A stretch of DNA of 64,000 nt from Azolla caroliniana (GCA_043228905.1 JBHGNT010000006.1:18414001-18478000); one strand, 5' to 3'; positions 35,701 to 50,233 are shown, counted from the stretch's first letter. Made by a program: numbers and translations. The notes: generated from the letters alone by a model not told the origin.

Positions 35701-38700
35701 GCTGCACATCCATTCTAGTTGGCTTTATCTACTCCAATCACCTTCCAGTTTCCTTGACTCTCGATCCTATTCATAATAAGAAGAGTGAGTGCAATTTGAG
35801 GATTCCTCTAAATTTTTTGGGTATTCAGAAGGTTAAGGATGAAGTGATTAACATCTGGTCAGTATCTCCATCATCCGACGATCCGATATAGATACAAGAG
35901 GAAAAGATTATTAATTCTTCACATGCTCTTCAAAAAGCGGCTAGAGAGGAGCTAGTAAGGTGTCGATCCCAGCTGCAACACCTGAAGAAGGCAGACATCT
36001 CAGCTCAAAAGCTTACGCAAGTGGACCCACATTGTTCTTGGGCGAAAGATAGACTGCAGGAAGCCACAAGGGTGTTGCAGGAGATTAGGTAGCAAAGGGA
36101 GCAATTCCTCTTCAAAAAGTCGGCAGCATGGTGGGTTGTCAAGGGAGATAAAGTTAACAGGGAGTTTTTTCTTACCAAGGCTCCAAAACTAAAGGGAAAG
36201 CCTATTCTAAGTCTCAAGCGAGAGGATGATTCATTGAAAACTGACCAAGATGAAATCTTGCAAATGGCAACGAAGTACTACAGAGACCTTTTAGCTCCAA
36301 CATTGATAGAAGCCCCACCGATTAACTTGATGCATCATGTAGTTGCATGCTTGAAGACCAGGATTGGAGAGGTAGCCAAAACACAGTTGTCAAAGACCAT
36401 AGAGAAGGAAGAGATTGTAGCAGGGCTAGATAGGGTTCATAGTAGGGCTTGCCCTGGAGTTGACGGCCTTCCCAAAGGCTTCTTCATGGAATTCTGGGAG
36501 CATACTTTTCCTAGTTTGGAAGCTGGATTCCAAGAAATGTGGAGAACGGGAAGCATGCTGAGCAGCTTCAATGAAGGATTGATATACCTGACTCCTAAAT
36601 CGGAGAAGGTGTCGCATGAGATTAGACAGTGGAGGCCCATCACCATTTTAAATCTCATTTATAAAAAAATTGCTAACATACTAGTGCAAAGAGTAAAGCC
36701 CTTTCTAGAAGATATCATCCAGACCAATCAAACTGGTTTCATGGAGCATCAATCTATTATGGACAACATGATATTGTTTTGGGAGGTTGTTGCGATAGTG
36801 AGGGAGACCAAGCAAAACTTAGCTTTTTTGATGCTTGCCTTCAAGAAATCCTATGATCGAGTGCAATGCTATTTCCTTGAAGAAGTGATGAAGGTGATTG
36901 AGCTACCCTGGGAATGGAGGTGTGTTGCTCAAGCCTTATATAGGAATGGCTCAAGTAAGGTGTTGATTGTAGGGAGGAAAGGAGCTAGAATCTCTCTAAG
37001 TAGATCCATTAGGCAAGGTTGTCCTCTCGCCCCCTTTCTATTGCTCTTTATTACTGAAGCAATGTCTACCTTTTTGAATAGTCAGACACCAAATTTACAT
37101 GGTCTTTCAATCCCTAAGGAAGTCCTTGCTCGACTCGGAGTTCGCGGATGATATGATGCTATACCTCTAAGGTAATGAAGTGAATCTAGGGAGGGCACAA
37201 ATTGCTATCGATCTCTTTTGCAAAGCATCGAGAGCTGCCATCAATTGGAATAAGTCCAAGGGTTTTTGGATTAGCTCAGAAGCAGAGCCAGTATGGAAAC
37301 CAAATGTCGAATTCAGATGGATTGCAAAAGGGGAAGGCACCAGATATCTAGGAGTGTGGATTGGTGTAGATCTCGACAAGCAACAAATTTAAAGTAAAAT
37401 TTGCGACAAAATCTGCATCTGGTCAGGGATGAATTTATCATTAGCTAGCAGGATCATAGTAGCTAACCATGTGCTCTTGTCTACGTTGTGGCATGCGGTC
37501 TCAGTGTGGATGTTTGATAGGCATGTTATTCGTATTGTTAAAGTGTGTATCAAGGGCTTTCTATGGGATGGGAATAGGAAAGACAACGCGACAGCTAAAG
37601 TATCATGGTCTACGTTGATTCTTCCCAAAAATAAGGGGGGTTAGGATTGATCAACCCTGGAGTACAAAGTCAATCATTGCTATGTAAGGTATTGGTAAGG
37701 AGCTTGCTGCCTGGAAATGAGTTATGGAAAACGTTGATTTTTAATAGGAGCATCCTTTGGAGTCCACGACTTGGTGGGCATTGGAAGCCACATAAATCAT
37801 GGCTATTTTGTATGGACTTAAAGCTTAGGAAATCTAATCGGTTGGCTGATTGCACATGTATATCAGTGATGAAGGTGTGGGGTATGCTTCGTGGGCATCT
37901 TAGCCGTATAGGTCCAAGTACTAATGCTGAATGGATGCACCAACCCCTATTGTGGAACGAGACCTTAAAGTCGACCAAGGGGAAGATGATTGGCCAGAGC
38001 AAGGGTATGTCGTGGGCTATATTGCATGGTGTTGGGATTCATTCAATAGCACATTGGATGCAGTTGTCCCCTAGTAATCGGAATAAATTATATGAAGATG
38101 CGAGAAAGTTCAGAAATGGCATGAAGATGCTTGACCTAGTCGATAAAGTTTTTTACTCTGTTCCTATTAGTAATGGGGAAGAGGGTGAATGGTTCGGACA
38201 ATGTGATGATGCCGGAAAATGTATCAATGCCAAGGGTCTAGGAAAGAATGGGAATATCATCCAGTTGGGATCAGTAGTTGCAGGTGCTCGTTGGTCCCCG
38301 ATTAGAATTGTAGCATGAGACGGTAAGAAATGGAAGGTGAATCCATAAGTCGTTGAGGTTGAGGAGGATTGAATCTTGTATGTAGTTGAAGGCAAGCCAC
38401 TCAAGTGTTTAGAATGGGATCCTACAGAATATATGTGGAGGGACGAACAAGGTAAATCACATGGTTTCTTTGACGACTCAACTCGCTTGGGGAGACAATT
38501 ATGCTTGCATCGTGAGAAGTGTGTCAACAAATGGACCCATGTAGTTGTCGACTCAATCTTCGTGGATAAAACCAGGAGTAGGATATGGAACTCATCCCTC
38601 CCAGAGAGGGTCAATGTGTTTTTTTGGGTAATCACCCATCGGGTTGTCCCAACCGGAGAGTGCTTGAGGAAAAGGGGTGGCACGAGTAATTGCAAGGCAT

Positions 38701-38944
38701 GTGGAGAGAGTTTGGTGGACATAGCACATAGTTTGTGGAGTTGCCAGCGAGCCCAAGAAGTTTGGACGAGGAGCTTACGAATTTTGGCTCGATGCGGGGT
38801 TGAACTTCAGGTTGAACTTCAGGTATCAAGTGTCGCAGTTGTTTGGTTAGCTACTGAATTAGCTGCATGGTTTCATGGGTGGAATGGAAATAGTCCTTCT
38901 TTAAAGGTGGTGAATGGAACTGTACAACCTACGGCTCAAGGAGG
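32800..38944 (+). mobile_element. Decayed L1-clade LINE (ORF1 with zinc knuckle; APE endonuclease, RT, zf-RVT-like end); 3' end lost
   Basis: CFACKEMGH at ~33970; LISWNV, LQE, NVYAPN, GDFN, DHIY; WRPITILN, RQGCPL, EFADD; CKAC...H.LWSC. Confidence 0.9.
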
Positions 38945-40085
38945 TCCAGACATAGCTTTTGTTGTGGGAACAGTAAGCCAATACATGAGTAATCTAGGAA
39001 GAGAACATTGGGTAGCGGTGAAGTGGATACTCAGGTAGTTAAAAGGCACCTCAAGGGTATGCCTAAGGTATGGTGTCGGAAAACCCATGCTCGAAGGGTT
39101 TACCGACTCGGACATGTCAAGGGATGTAGATTCAAGCCGATACGTGATGACCTATGAAGGGGGAGCCGTGTTGTGGCAGTCATGACTGCAGAAGTCTGTG
39201 GCCTTGTCGACCACAGAGGCAAAGTATATGGCAGCGGTAGAGGCTGGCAAGGAGCTGATTTGGATGAGAAACTTTCTCAGCGAGTTGGGAATGAAGCAAA
39301 GGTATTTATTGCTTCATTGTGACAGCCAGAGTGCCATACACCTAGCCAAGAATGCTGCATACCACTCCTAAACCAAGCACATACAGAGAAGGTATCACTG
39401 GTTGCGGGAGAAAGTTGAAGAGGGAGAGTTTACCCTCGGGAAGATCCATACTGATGACAATGGATCTGACATGCTGACAAAGAACCTACCGATGGACAGA
39501 CTCATAGTCTGTCGATAAAGGACAAGAATAACAGGCCTCTCCCCACAGGAGTGAAGGAGGAGTTTGTTAGGAATATGTCCCTCCAGTGGGAGGAGCTGAT
39601 TGTTCGGGCCAAGTAGTGCCGACAGTCGAAGACTAGGAGGAGCAAACTGCTCGGGCCGAGTACTGATGGTTGAAGACGCGATTGTGAGGGTCGACAGAAA
39701 GGAGATCTAGGTCGAAGACGCGACCGACTAGTTAGGCCGACTAGATGGTCGATGACCAGGCCGACTAGTCGGACCGGCTGGACAATCAACACTAGGGTCG
39801 ATTGATGGCTACTTATTGTTATAGATAATAATAGTAGTGTTGTGTAGTAGTGGCTACATTTGTAAATAGCCCATACATGGTATAAGTATAAATACACTTA
39901 GGGCAAGTAGTGTTTTTAGAGTGAGTGATGCAGAATTGCGTGTGATCCTCTGTTGTAGAGAACGATAGAGAAGTGTGAGAACAAGAAGAGAGTCTGTGTG
40001 AGCGGCGCCACAGCCGTGTTCTGTAAGAGCCCTGCGTGGCTGATACACTATGACGAGAAAGTGTTGTACTCTAATCCCGTCCACG
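38945..40085 (+). mobile_element. Tnt1-like copia RNase H, PPT and partial 3' LTR (from 39565)
   Basis: PDIAFVVGTVSQYMSN...NGSDMLTK; GAAGGAGGAG then TGTTAGG. Confidence 0.88.
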
Positions 40086-40089
40086 ACTA

Positions 40090-41104
40090 GGAACTAACTC
40101 TACATATCTAGGATGGTCCAACCAAATGGCTCCTATTTTGGTAAGACTTACTCATGTAACACATCCTCAAATTGGCTCAAGACATCGAATCTATTCTCAT
40201 GGCATTCACTACTAGGTTTATGTGGATAATTCACAGCTATATGTCCTTGACCGCCACAATATAGGCATAGGTGGTGCACTCAACGTTGTTGCTTCTCAGC
40301 ATCTGATAAAGGCCCTCAATGTCGTGTTGACTCTATTTCCATCAGATTTGGACCATCCCTTGTAATGGGTCTAGAAACTTGTGGAGGAGTTGCAACAATA
40401 GAAGTGTACGTCTATTCCGATTGGCGGCGTAACATTTGTTGGTGCTCAGAACGTCGCTCAAATAGGCGATTATCACATCGCACAGCTCGACTAGTGGCCT
40501 CCGTAAGAGATTTTGCATCTTCATGGAAAGTAAGAAGAAGATCTTTGACATCATTATGCAAACCTTGACTGAATTGATACATTAAGGAGACCTCATCCCA
40601 AGGGATATCACATGCCAAGAGACGGAAATCAGTTGCGTAAGCCGACGCAGGACGATCTCCTTATCGGAGCCTTCGAATCTTGTTTATCATGGTCCAAGTG
40701 TTATTGGTGTCTCTGGAACTAGCTTGAAACTCCTTAACAAATGCCTTAAAATCCTCCAACAATGGTGATTTCTTCTCAAGAAGTGGTGCAAACCATGCTA
40801 ATGTCGTACCGCATAGAGAGGTTCCCACTAATCCCACACAAGCAAGGTTAGTTGGGTACCGATTGGGATGTAACTGAATAACCAGTTGGACTTGATTCAA
40901 AAAGCCTCGAAATAAGGACCTCATACAATCAAACTTGGCAAGGAGGCTAATCTTTGGTTCTCCACGGGAGTTCTGAGCCCCCAACGCTTGTTCTCGTAAT
41001 GACAATATAGTAGCCTTGAGTCAGTGAACCCATTGCGATAACTCTTCATATTGTTGAGCTTTTCTGGTGCTCACTTGTTGTAGGCCCCCAAGTACCTTTG
41101 ATTT
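40090..41104 (-). pseudogene. Tf2/chromovirus-like gag
   Basis: EPKISL..FD, FRGFLNQV, QFSQGLHNDVKD and a CCHC remnant near 40250. Confidence 0.8.
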
Positions 41105-43380
41105 TCATGCCCTAATGCCACAAATGTATTTGTGAGCATGTCGAGCATATATTTCCTGGCATATCACTTTATTACAGTCTTCATGAGATATTAGAGTTTG
41201 GTCAGTCCCATGGTTGTACTTAAGGGGAGGTAGGTTATTAATGTCTATGCTGCTTGCAAGTAACCAACTCACCACAGTGCTATACCAAGAGCTAGTGTCT
41301 CCAGACACATGTAAGAATCGAGATGCCTCAAAGGCCCGATGGGATATCCTATCTTGTGGTTGGCTATGTATCTGATGAATAAAAACTACCACTTGAAACA
41401 ATGCTTCTACTAACATCTAGGGCAGACTGAACTCTGCTCTAATAATGTCATGTGGTACTGTCGATTTGCTTCGGAGTTGACGTGATAACATCGTCACCAA
41501 AGGTCTCTCTAATTGCGTCCACATGAAAGATGGTAGACCTGGAGCCCATAGCACTGATGCATACAAGAGGGAAGGGGTCACTAATGAGTCGAAGAGGCAT
41601 CCCTTAGTCCGTGGCTCTTGAAAGTATGCTTGGTGGCATTGTCTCTCTAAGAGTGAGAGGGATGCATACCCTCTCGTTAGCCTATCTTTGGCTGCCTGGG
41701 TCATTGAGAATTTACCCGAGCGAGCACTAAAAGTGACTCCCAAGTATACATATGATCCAACTACCTCAACTAGTTTATGAGAGAGGATTAGGTGACATTT
41801 ACTCCTAACTTGGGACGATGTATGAATGATAAGGACTTTAGTTTTTGCTAGATTCACTACTAGTCCTCATTGTGTACAAAAGTCATCTAGGGCATTAAGA
41901 TGCTTTTGTAGGTCGTGTTTTGACTCCGAGAGCAAGACAATGTCGTTTGCGTAGAGTTAGAGACCAACTTGCGTATCCCCAATATCTACTCCCTTGCCTC
42001 CCTTACAAGCAATAAGATCAGTGATCTCATCAATGTGGATCCCAAAAAGAGTCGGTGATAGGAGGCAACCCTGTTTTACACCAATGGTGCTAGTGAAACA
42101 ATCGGATAGGCCACCTGGGCATCTTACGCACCCAGAGACTTGCTCATATAGGGCATAAATGGCCCAGATCATGTCATTTGGTATCTCCAAGATCCTATCT
42201 ATCAAACAACTTCTCCCTAGGAACTGTGTCAAAGGCTTTGCGGAAGTCCACAAAGCAACATTATAGTTTCTTCTTACGAGCCTTCGTCTAGTCAATTAAG
42301 CACCTAAGTGTGAAGATATGGTCAATACTGGAGAAGGCTCATCTAAAGCCAGCCTGCTCAGGTGCTCGAAGCTTTAATGTTTCTATATAATCGCTAAGCT
42401 CTGCTTCCATTACCGCACCATATAGTTTAGCGAGCGTATGGCCTATCATAATGGTCCTATATGTATTTGGGTCCATTGGGTCCCCTCCTCTATGTATAAG
42501 GGCCATTGTGTTCATGGTCCATTGTGGTGGAAAACCCTCGGCGAGGGCACGGTTGAAGATTAGAGTGAGAAAGGGGGATAGGCACTCTCGAGCATATATG
42601 ATGTGCACGGCTCGCAATCCTGTGTGGTCCATGGATTTCCTATGTTGTAATTTTTTTATGACCTTCATGACCCTAGATGTCGTGAAAAGTGTCCCCATGT
42701 TAGGTCAAGGTGTGGAAGGCATTGGGATGGGTGGTTGGTTCGGGACATGGTAGAGTCTCTCGATATACGTGTGCCAAATATTGGGATCCTCGATGGGTGT
42801 TTGTGGTCGCGGTTCCCGTAGTCTCTTCCATGCAAGGGCACAATCCCTACTCATGAGCATATGATAGAGTTCCCAATATTGGGATGCTTCCCATGCTCGT
42901 CTTTTACGATGTGTCGTCTTGCGCATCTCTTTTTGAGTCTGTACTAAGGAAATAGTACCAGTAAGTCGCGACACTTTAAGATGTCTATGAGTTCATGCGT
43001 GAAATGTATTATGGTGTGCTAGTTTGGTTGACTAGAGTTGGTGGCATGGGAGGTGTCGCACTTTTGCTCAAAGTATAGGAAGCTATGGTCTACACCAATG
43101 GGGCATGGGGCCACCCGGAAGGAGTTAACCATGTGGGTAGATTCCGGGCGTCCTATTAGGTAATCAACTGTGCTTTCCCCTCCATGTGGGAAATATGTGA
43201 GCGCTTCCAAGCCCAACCACTTGGCTAAGCCATTATGTATGATCATTTGGTGTTGGCTTCCAAGTTCAAGCAGATGATGACCAAAGCTTGTGGCATCCGC
43301 ACCTTGATCCTTTGATGTATGCGTTATGTCTAAGTCTAAAGGGTCGACATTCACCATTTTGAGGTTTCTATCCATCTGAA
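41105..43380 (-). mobile_element. RTE/CR1-like LINE fragment (endonuclease end plus RT)
   Basis: STVDYL, DPNTYRTI, EQAGFR, GVKQGCLLSPTLF, YVYLG. Confidence 0.85.
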
Positions 43381-44058
43381 ATAGGAGGTCAAATATGACC
43401 TATTAGACCAAAAATATTACATTTCACGTCATACATGTGAAAGTGAGCAGTGACTCTCGATGTTCAAAAAGTTTACCAATGAATGTTGCAATCGAGAGTG
43501 CACATTGTGGTTGTGAGAGAAATTCGTGCAAGGATTGGGCTTAGTTGAACAGATGTGGAAAGCATGGTTGAATATGATCAAAGGCAGAGCATTGTATCAA
43601 AGTGTGATACTCAGATTCGCAAACTTGTTTACGGCAAAGTGTCCATAGCCAACCACTCTCATCACTTGTGCCGCAACGCCCTGTCTCACATCGCAATGTA
43701 TGTGAGCTAAGTCTCATGGAAGCAATGGTTGGAATGACAGATAACGGGATTGGCTCTAACATGTAACGATGTGTACAGTTTCCCCGTTCCGCAAAGAATA
43801 TGGTTTTGTAGTTAGGTGCAACATGTGTAGTATAATGTGTGAAGCATGAGCCTCCACATTTGTCCCATGTCATGATACCCTTCGGATCCAACTTCTGTCC
43901 AACAAAAGCCCATTTTTGTTTTTCGATCTGTCTAAATTAATTTATCTGAGAAACGTAAGGATAAATGAGGGAGGATCCTACGGGCAGGTATTGTTAAAAT
44001 AAAACTAAATGGATTTTGCAAAGACTAAATTCTGATTTTTTGTAAGGCTAGGCATCTA

Positions 44059-44160
44059 ACGACCAGAGTAAAACGCGGATCCGTAACTCGGAGGCATCGT
44101 AAGAATATTCTCGAATTTGCTGCCAGATTCCGGGGGGCTCACTCGAGACTGTTTAGGGCC
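44059..44160 (+). pseudogene. rpl20: Nuclear plastid DNA: 5' end of ribosomal protein L20 with ACG start
   Basis: Translates (ACG)[33 protein letters not shown]. Confidence 0.9.
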
Positions 44161-44330
44161 GAATTTTCAATGTCCTTGGCGAACCCGTGGATAATATGGG
44201 TCCTGTGGAAAGTAGTATAAAATTTCCGATTCACAAGTCCGCTCCAGCTTTTACCCAATTGGATACCAAACTATCTATCTTTGAGACAGGAATTAAGGTT
44301 GTAGATCTTTTGGCTCTGTATCGCCGAGGC
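44157..44330 (+). pseudogene. atpB: Nuclear plastid DNA: internal fragment of ATP synthase beta subunit
   Basis: Translates [58 protein letters not shown]. Confidence 0.95.
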
Positions 44331-45044
44331 GCCATATAGCTGATGTTACCCATGAGTGAACACTGGGCTTGCAAAAAGGCCTCATTTATAGAGGAATCTA
44401 GTGATGCATCATGAAGCAAGTGTCTCGCATCCCATCTACCAAACCATTTTTCTATATCTTGCATCCAACTGAAACACAAAATTTTGCTTATATGCGTCTT
44501 TTGGATCTTTATGCTTGCTTCCCATGCATTTCTAGGAAGTCGATGTGAGGGACTTGTTTGAACCTGAAGCATGTATTCAACAACCCTTTCCATGGCCATG
44601 ATCTCAATGGGAAGCGATCCCGTCTCAAGGAGCAGGGTGTAAGGCGTTTGTTTCTTAACTTGTAGAAACTTTGTAAGAAAATGTTTTTGGACATTTCAAA
44701 CTCTTTCCACTTAGATTTAGGGATGCTACTGCCCCATACTTCCACCCCATAGAGAAGAACTGGTGTCACCAAAGTGTCGAAAAGATATTTCTTGAGGACC
44801 CAAAACTTAATATCTCCAAGATTGCATGTGTTCTCAAAGGCATAGTATACTCGCTTACCCACCTCTAAGCGGCGTGTAGCACATTCATTCTATCTATAAT
44901 TTGAAAGAACTTCAAGGACAAGATATTTGAAGCTTTCCACACATTCAAGTAGCTCATTGTTGTACATAATGCATGGTTTATCTATTTTTTTGGCTCTTCA
45001 CAAGCATAATCTTTGTTTTAGAGCTATTGACACTTAATTTAGAG

Positions 45045-45350
45045 AGAGAGAGAGAGTCTTAAGACAGAGAAAGAAAATTGAAAGGAAAGTATTATATTGC
45101 ACTATAAGATGGATTACAAAGAGTAGGCAACAAGGAGCTATAGAATGACATTGAACCAATTTGGTTTTGGGATTATTAATAGATCCCTAAATTTATAAGT
45201 CCCTATAGAGTATTCTAGAAGGTTCTAGAATATAGAGTAATCTAGAAGGTTTATAGAGTATTCTAGAATGTTCTAGTATATACAACACCCTAAAATATTC
45301 TAGGACATTCTAGAATGTAGAGTAATCTAGAATATTCTTCTGATAGTAAA
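45045..45350. repeat. TTCTAGAA-rich LTR-like remnant
   Basis: Short degenerate TTCTAGAA repeats as at 32660-32710 and 48350-48460. Confidence 0.5.
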
Positions 45351-45479
45351 AACTATACATATAAACATATCATTACAATGGTTAAGGATTTGACATGTGC
45401 ATACAAAGGTTGTGGGTTCAAATCCTTTCGAGGCATCATGTGAGTGTGATCATGACAATATCCTTGCATACCCTTCCTT

Positions 45480-48160
45480 CCTAGTACACATATGCTTAGG
45501 TTGATGGACGTCCCAGAGCTTCTGGGAAGATATTCGAAGTGTCTGAGCCAGTACACATATGCTTAGGTGATTTAGGATGTGTAATTTCCTTTAACATCAT
45601 CTATAGCCCCAAGCATCCAATTGTCTTGGGTTTGCCATGCTTCGAGCTACATAACCCAAGAATCAATTGGAGGAGGCAAGAAATTTGGTGCCCTTCAGCA
45701 GAAAACATCATTGCTAAGGATCGAACCCAGAACTATTCCCTTAAAGAATATAGTTCTACCAGTGCACCATCTCTTTTTCATCGAATTTCAACCATCACAT
45801 TGCAACAATTGTCCCAAGTGGGAGGAAATGAGGAACATTTCTTATTTGTAGTATCAATGACACCTTCTAGTGCCACTCAAGGGAATTTAGACATCCAAAT
45901 TCCCAAAAAATATCAAGAATATACTGATGTTTTCGACAAAGTCAAAGCTAGTGTATTTCTAAAGCATCGCCTGTACAACTGTCCCATTGACCTCCAACCA
46001 AGAAAAGAGCCACCATGGGGTTTGATCTACAATCTATCACCAATGGACCTTGAGGTTCCTCAAGAATAGATCGAGGAGAATCTTGCACATGGGTTTATTT
46101 GACATTCAAAGTCTCTAGCCGGTGCTCCTATATTTTTTGTGAAGAAAAAGGACGGTTAGCTTTGTTTGGTCGTGGACTATCAAGGATTAAATAAAGTCAC
46201 CATAAGAAATAGGTATGCTCTCCCTTTAATCTCGATTCTTTTAGAGTGCATTGGTGGTGCAATGAATTTTACAAAAATCGATTTAAGGGGTGCATATAAT
46301 CTTATTCGAATTGAACCAAGAGATGCATGGAAAACTGCATTTTGCACTCGGTATGGAGATTTCAAGTATACAGACATACCTTTCAGACTCACAAATGCAC
46401 CCATAGTTTTCCAACATATGGCAAATGACATTTTCCGGGATTTTCTTGATATCACAAGAGGAGCATGATATACATGTCTAGAAAGTACTTGAACACTTAA
46501 GAAAGTATGGTCTGTATGCCAAACTTGAGAAGTGCAGTTTTGACAGCGAACACGTCGAATTCTTGGGTTATACTATTTCATCCAAGGGTATCTTCATGGA
46601 TCCAACAAAAGTCAAAACAATATTGGAATGACAACCCCCATGTTCTATTCAAGACGTCCAATGTTTCCTCAGATTTGCTAACTTCCATCGCAAATTCATA
46701 TGGAATTATTCAAAGATAGTGTTGCCTCTCACCTAACTCACCATGAAAAACCACGCGTTTGTGTGGACTATTGAAGCGGACACAACCTTTACTCAGCTCA
46801 AAGAGGCATTCATATCAGCTCTTATCTTAACGCATATTGATCCCGAAAATCCATTTACCATTGAGGCGGATGCGTTAGACTTTGCATTGGGTAGTATCCT
46901 ATCACAACCAAGCAAGGACGGGCAATCCCATCCAGTCACGTTTCACTCGAGGAAATTTATTGCTGCGGAGATAAACTACGAGGTGCATGACAAGGAGTTA
47001 CTAGTTGTGGTCGACTCTTTCGAGCAATGGCAACATTTCTTGGAAGGATCGCCTCATCAAATCATCATTTATCGTGATCACAAAAAACTTACATATTTTC
47101 AAACGACTCGGGTGTTAAATAGGAGACAAGTTTGGTGAGCATTGTTTCTAATTCGTTTTGATTTCAAGATCATTTTTTGCCTCGGGAAACACCAAGGGAA
47201 AGCAAATGCTCTGTCTCGGCGTTCATACCTCACACCTCAACCTGGATATCCGGCCTTCAACAATCAAAAGCAAATTCTCCTAGGACCATCAAAGCTACAA
47301 GCAAGAATAGTTTATGTGACGTCGCTTGATTCAAGCCTTGTTGATACTATTCGGCAACAACTTCACTCTGAAGATTTCATTAAGGATGTCTTACCCCACA
47401 TTAGTCCAAGGCATGCATCTTGCTTCACATTGCAAGGGTCATCTCAACACTATCATGAATTCAAGTGGCAAGATAGCTTACTCTTTTACAAGAATCTCCT
47501 TTACGTCCCTAATGGATCACCACGCCTTTAAGTGTTAGAGCATTGTCTTGATGCCCCTATGGCTGGACATTTTGGTATTGCGAAAACCATGGAGTTGGTG
47601 AAGCGCTCATTTTGGTGGCCTTATTTGCAAAACTTTGTTGAACATTATGTTCGCACATGTGACACCTGTTGTCAAGCCAAAATACCCCAACGTCATCCTT
47701 ATGGCTTGTTACAACCATTATCACCTCCAACTAAGCCATGGTAGTCTATTTCTATGGATTTCATTACGGATCTACCACCTTCAAAAGGATTTGATACTAT
47801 TTTAATAGTAGTGGATCGATTTACCAAGATGGTGCATTTTTTGCCATTTGTAAAGAGCATCAGTAGTCAGGAAACCACCGATATCATTATGCGTGAAGTG
47901 TTTCGACATCATGGTCTTCCAAACGATATAATTAGCGATCGTGGTCCTCAATTTATCTCTCACTTTTGGAAGCACCTATGGACAAGCCTCAAAATATCCT
48001 GCAAACTCTCTTCTACTTATCATCCACAAATTGACGGACAAACAAAACAAACAACAATTATCAACAAGATGATTGGAGTAATATTTTACATCTTGCTGAG
48101 TTTGCATGCAATAACACGGTCCACTATTCTACCAAGGTTACACCTTTCTTTGTCTACACC
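45480..48160 (+). pseudogene. Tf2/chromovirus-like gypsy pol (protease end, RT, RNase H, integrase)
   Basis: VDYQGLNKVT, KIDLRGAYNL, EINYEVHDKELL, AGHFGIAKT, MDFITDLP, SDRGPQF. Confidence 0.9.
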
Positions 48161-48218
48161 TCAAGGACAATAATGAACCAACAGTTACAAAGAGGAGAGG
48201 AGGTGCTTATATAGTCAT

Positions 48219-48665
48219 TGTCATGAATACATAAACATCATGGGCTTGAACGTAATACCTTGTAATACATAATCAAGAACCCAACCATTAAGATAACCTA
48301 TATTCATATGAAATGATAAAGCTACTTTCTGTAATATACTCATTATCGTAAATATTCTGGAACATTCTAAAACATTCTAGAATATCTTAGAACATCTTAG
48401 AATATTCTAGGTGTAGAACATTCTAGAACATTCTAGAAATCTCTAGGTTATTCTTAGATAGTAACCTATAAATATAGACATACAATTATTGTCAAACCAA
48501 TTCGAATCAACACCAGTCTTTAGCTCTCATTGCATATCTTGTATCCATTCTCTTTCCCTTTCTATCTTAATACACCCATTCTTCTATTGTCATTTCGTCC
48601 CTTTTCTTCTCGTGTTCTCTTATATCCTTCTTCCATCACTCAATCTTTTATTCTTGGTTCTGACA
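48219..48665 (+). mobile_element. Solo LTR (TTCTAGAA-rich, probably chromovirus-type) inside the family D LTR
   Basis: TGTCA...TGACA termini; flanks GTCAT/GTCAA versus the empty site GTCAC at ~57327. Confidence 0.8.
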
Positions 48666-50233
48666 GTCAACTTCTCTCTATGTTCTCTCACTACAACCAC
48701 CACTTGCAAAAGAGGTGGAGACTTAACTATCTACTAAATATGTGCCATAGAACCTTAAAGTTCTATTACACACTAGGTACTATACTAGGAGGTGGGGTGT
48801 TCACACACTTGAGTATAGTAAGGTGTGTTCCCACACGAGGGAAGTTGAGTTTGATTCTCAACACGCCCCTTCAAATGGAACTTCTAGTCGCTGCATGGTT
48901 GGTTCAAACTAGTCTTCGGGTCGGCTTTGAGTCCACTCCGGCATCGGCTTTGGTAGCTGACTCACTCTTGTGTTCATTCTGCTCCAATCGACGTTGTTTC
49001 GGACGGTTCCTTACTCCCACTTAAGCTTGGTTGGTCGGTAACAGAAAGACCTAGGTTCATAGTGAACTGTCGCAGCTTGTCAAAGCCTGGGGCCTTTGTG
49101 AAAATGTCAACCGTCTGCAAATTCGTGTTGATGTCAGCCATCAAGGACACGCTCTTGAATGAAGTGATAATGCACTTGAATGTGCTTAGTTCAAGCGTAG
49201 AAAACTGGGTTGCGGTTCAGGTGGATGTTGCACATGGTTCGCAGTAGAGGAGAATCATATCCTTGATGGTAACACCCAGATCCTTCAATATTCTTTTGAG
49301 CCAAACGGCTTGACCTACGACAACTGCCGTGGTGGCCTCTATGCTCAAAAGTGCGACTGTCATCTGCTTCTTACTACTCCATGATATGGCTTCGTTGCCA
49401 AGGGAGAAGACAAATACGCATTTTGATCATTTGTCGGCTTTGTACCTGGTCCAATCGACATCGTTGTACCCTTTAAGTCGAATCAGTGTGGCTGATTTGT
49501 AGACAATGTTGATATTCATTGTCCCACTTACGTAGCGTAACACTCGCTTAGCACAGTCCAGGTGAATGTTCCGTGGCATCTACATAAATTGGCTAGGAGA
49601 CCGACCGGGTAGCTGAGGTTGGGCCGCGTAATGGTGAGATAAATAAGACTTCATTAGTTGCCGATAGTGAGTCGGGTCACACTCTTTTGTGCTGGACTTG
49701 ACATCTAGCTTTAGTTTTCAATCAAGAGGGGTAGCGAGAAGCTTACACTCAGTCATCCCAAAACTAAAGTGGAGATTGAGGATATAATGTCGTTGGGAGA
49801 TCATGATGTTGTCAGGAGTCCGAATTACTTCTATACCTAGAAAGTAATGTAGCTCTTGCATGTCTTTCATTTCAAATCAGCTGGAGAGTAGGTTCTTGAT
49901 ATGTTTGATATCTGCTAAATGCTCTCCTCCAATAACCAAGTCACCCACATATATTATGATAATACTTTCCTTAGGAGTCGCTCTGAATGAATAGAGAATT
50001 GTTGGACTTGGACATTTTAAAGCCGATTTGATAAAGATATTCGGTTATCTTCGAATGCCAGGCTCTGGGTGCCTGCTTGATGCCGTAGAGAGGCTTTTTG
50101 AGTCGGCAGACAACATTCGGATGCGTACTCGACTTGAATCTGGGTGGTTGTACCATTTACACCTGCTCTTCTAACTCGCTTTGGAGAAAGGTGTTCTTTA
50201 AGTCCATTTGGTGGAGGTGCCACCCTTTGGATG

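Larger units (their letters stand above)
43440..45040 (-). mobile_element. Second RTE/CR1-like LINE 3' fragment, interrupted by plastid DNA
   Basis: LFDTLVTPVLLYGVEVWG, RLSSHTLRCETGR, ESEYHTLIQC; frame resumes across 43879-44359. Confidence 0.8.

Noticed and set aside
38376-39038. LINE-copia fusion protein
   Set aside because: Chance in-frame deletion junction between two dead elements
44059-44338. Functional rpl20-atpB fusion gene
   Set aside because: The two fragments are in different frames, lack an ATG and are short
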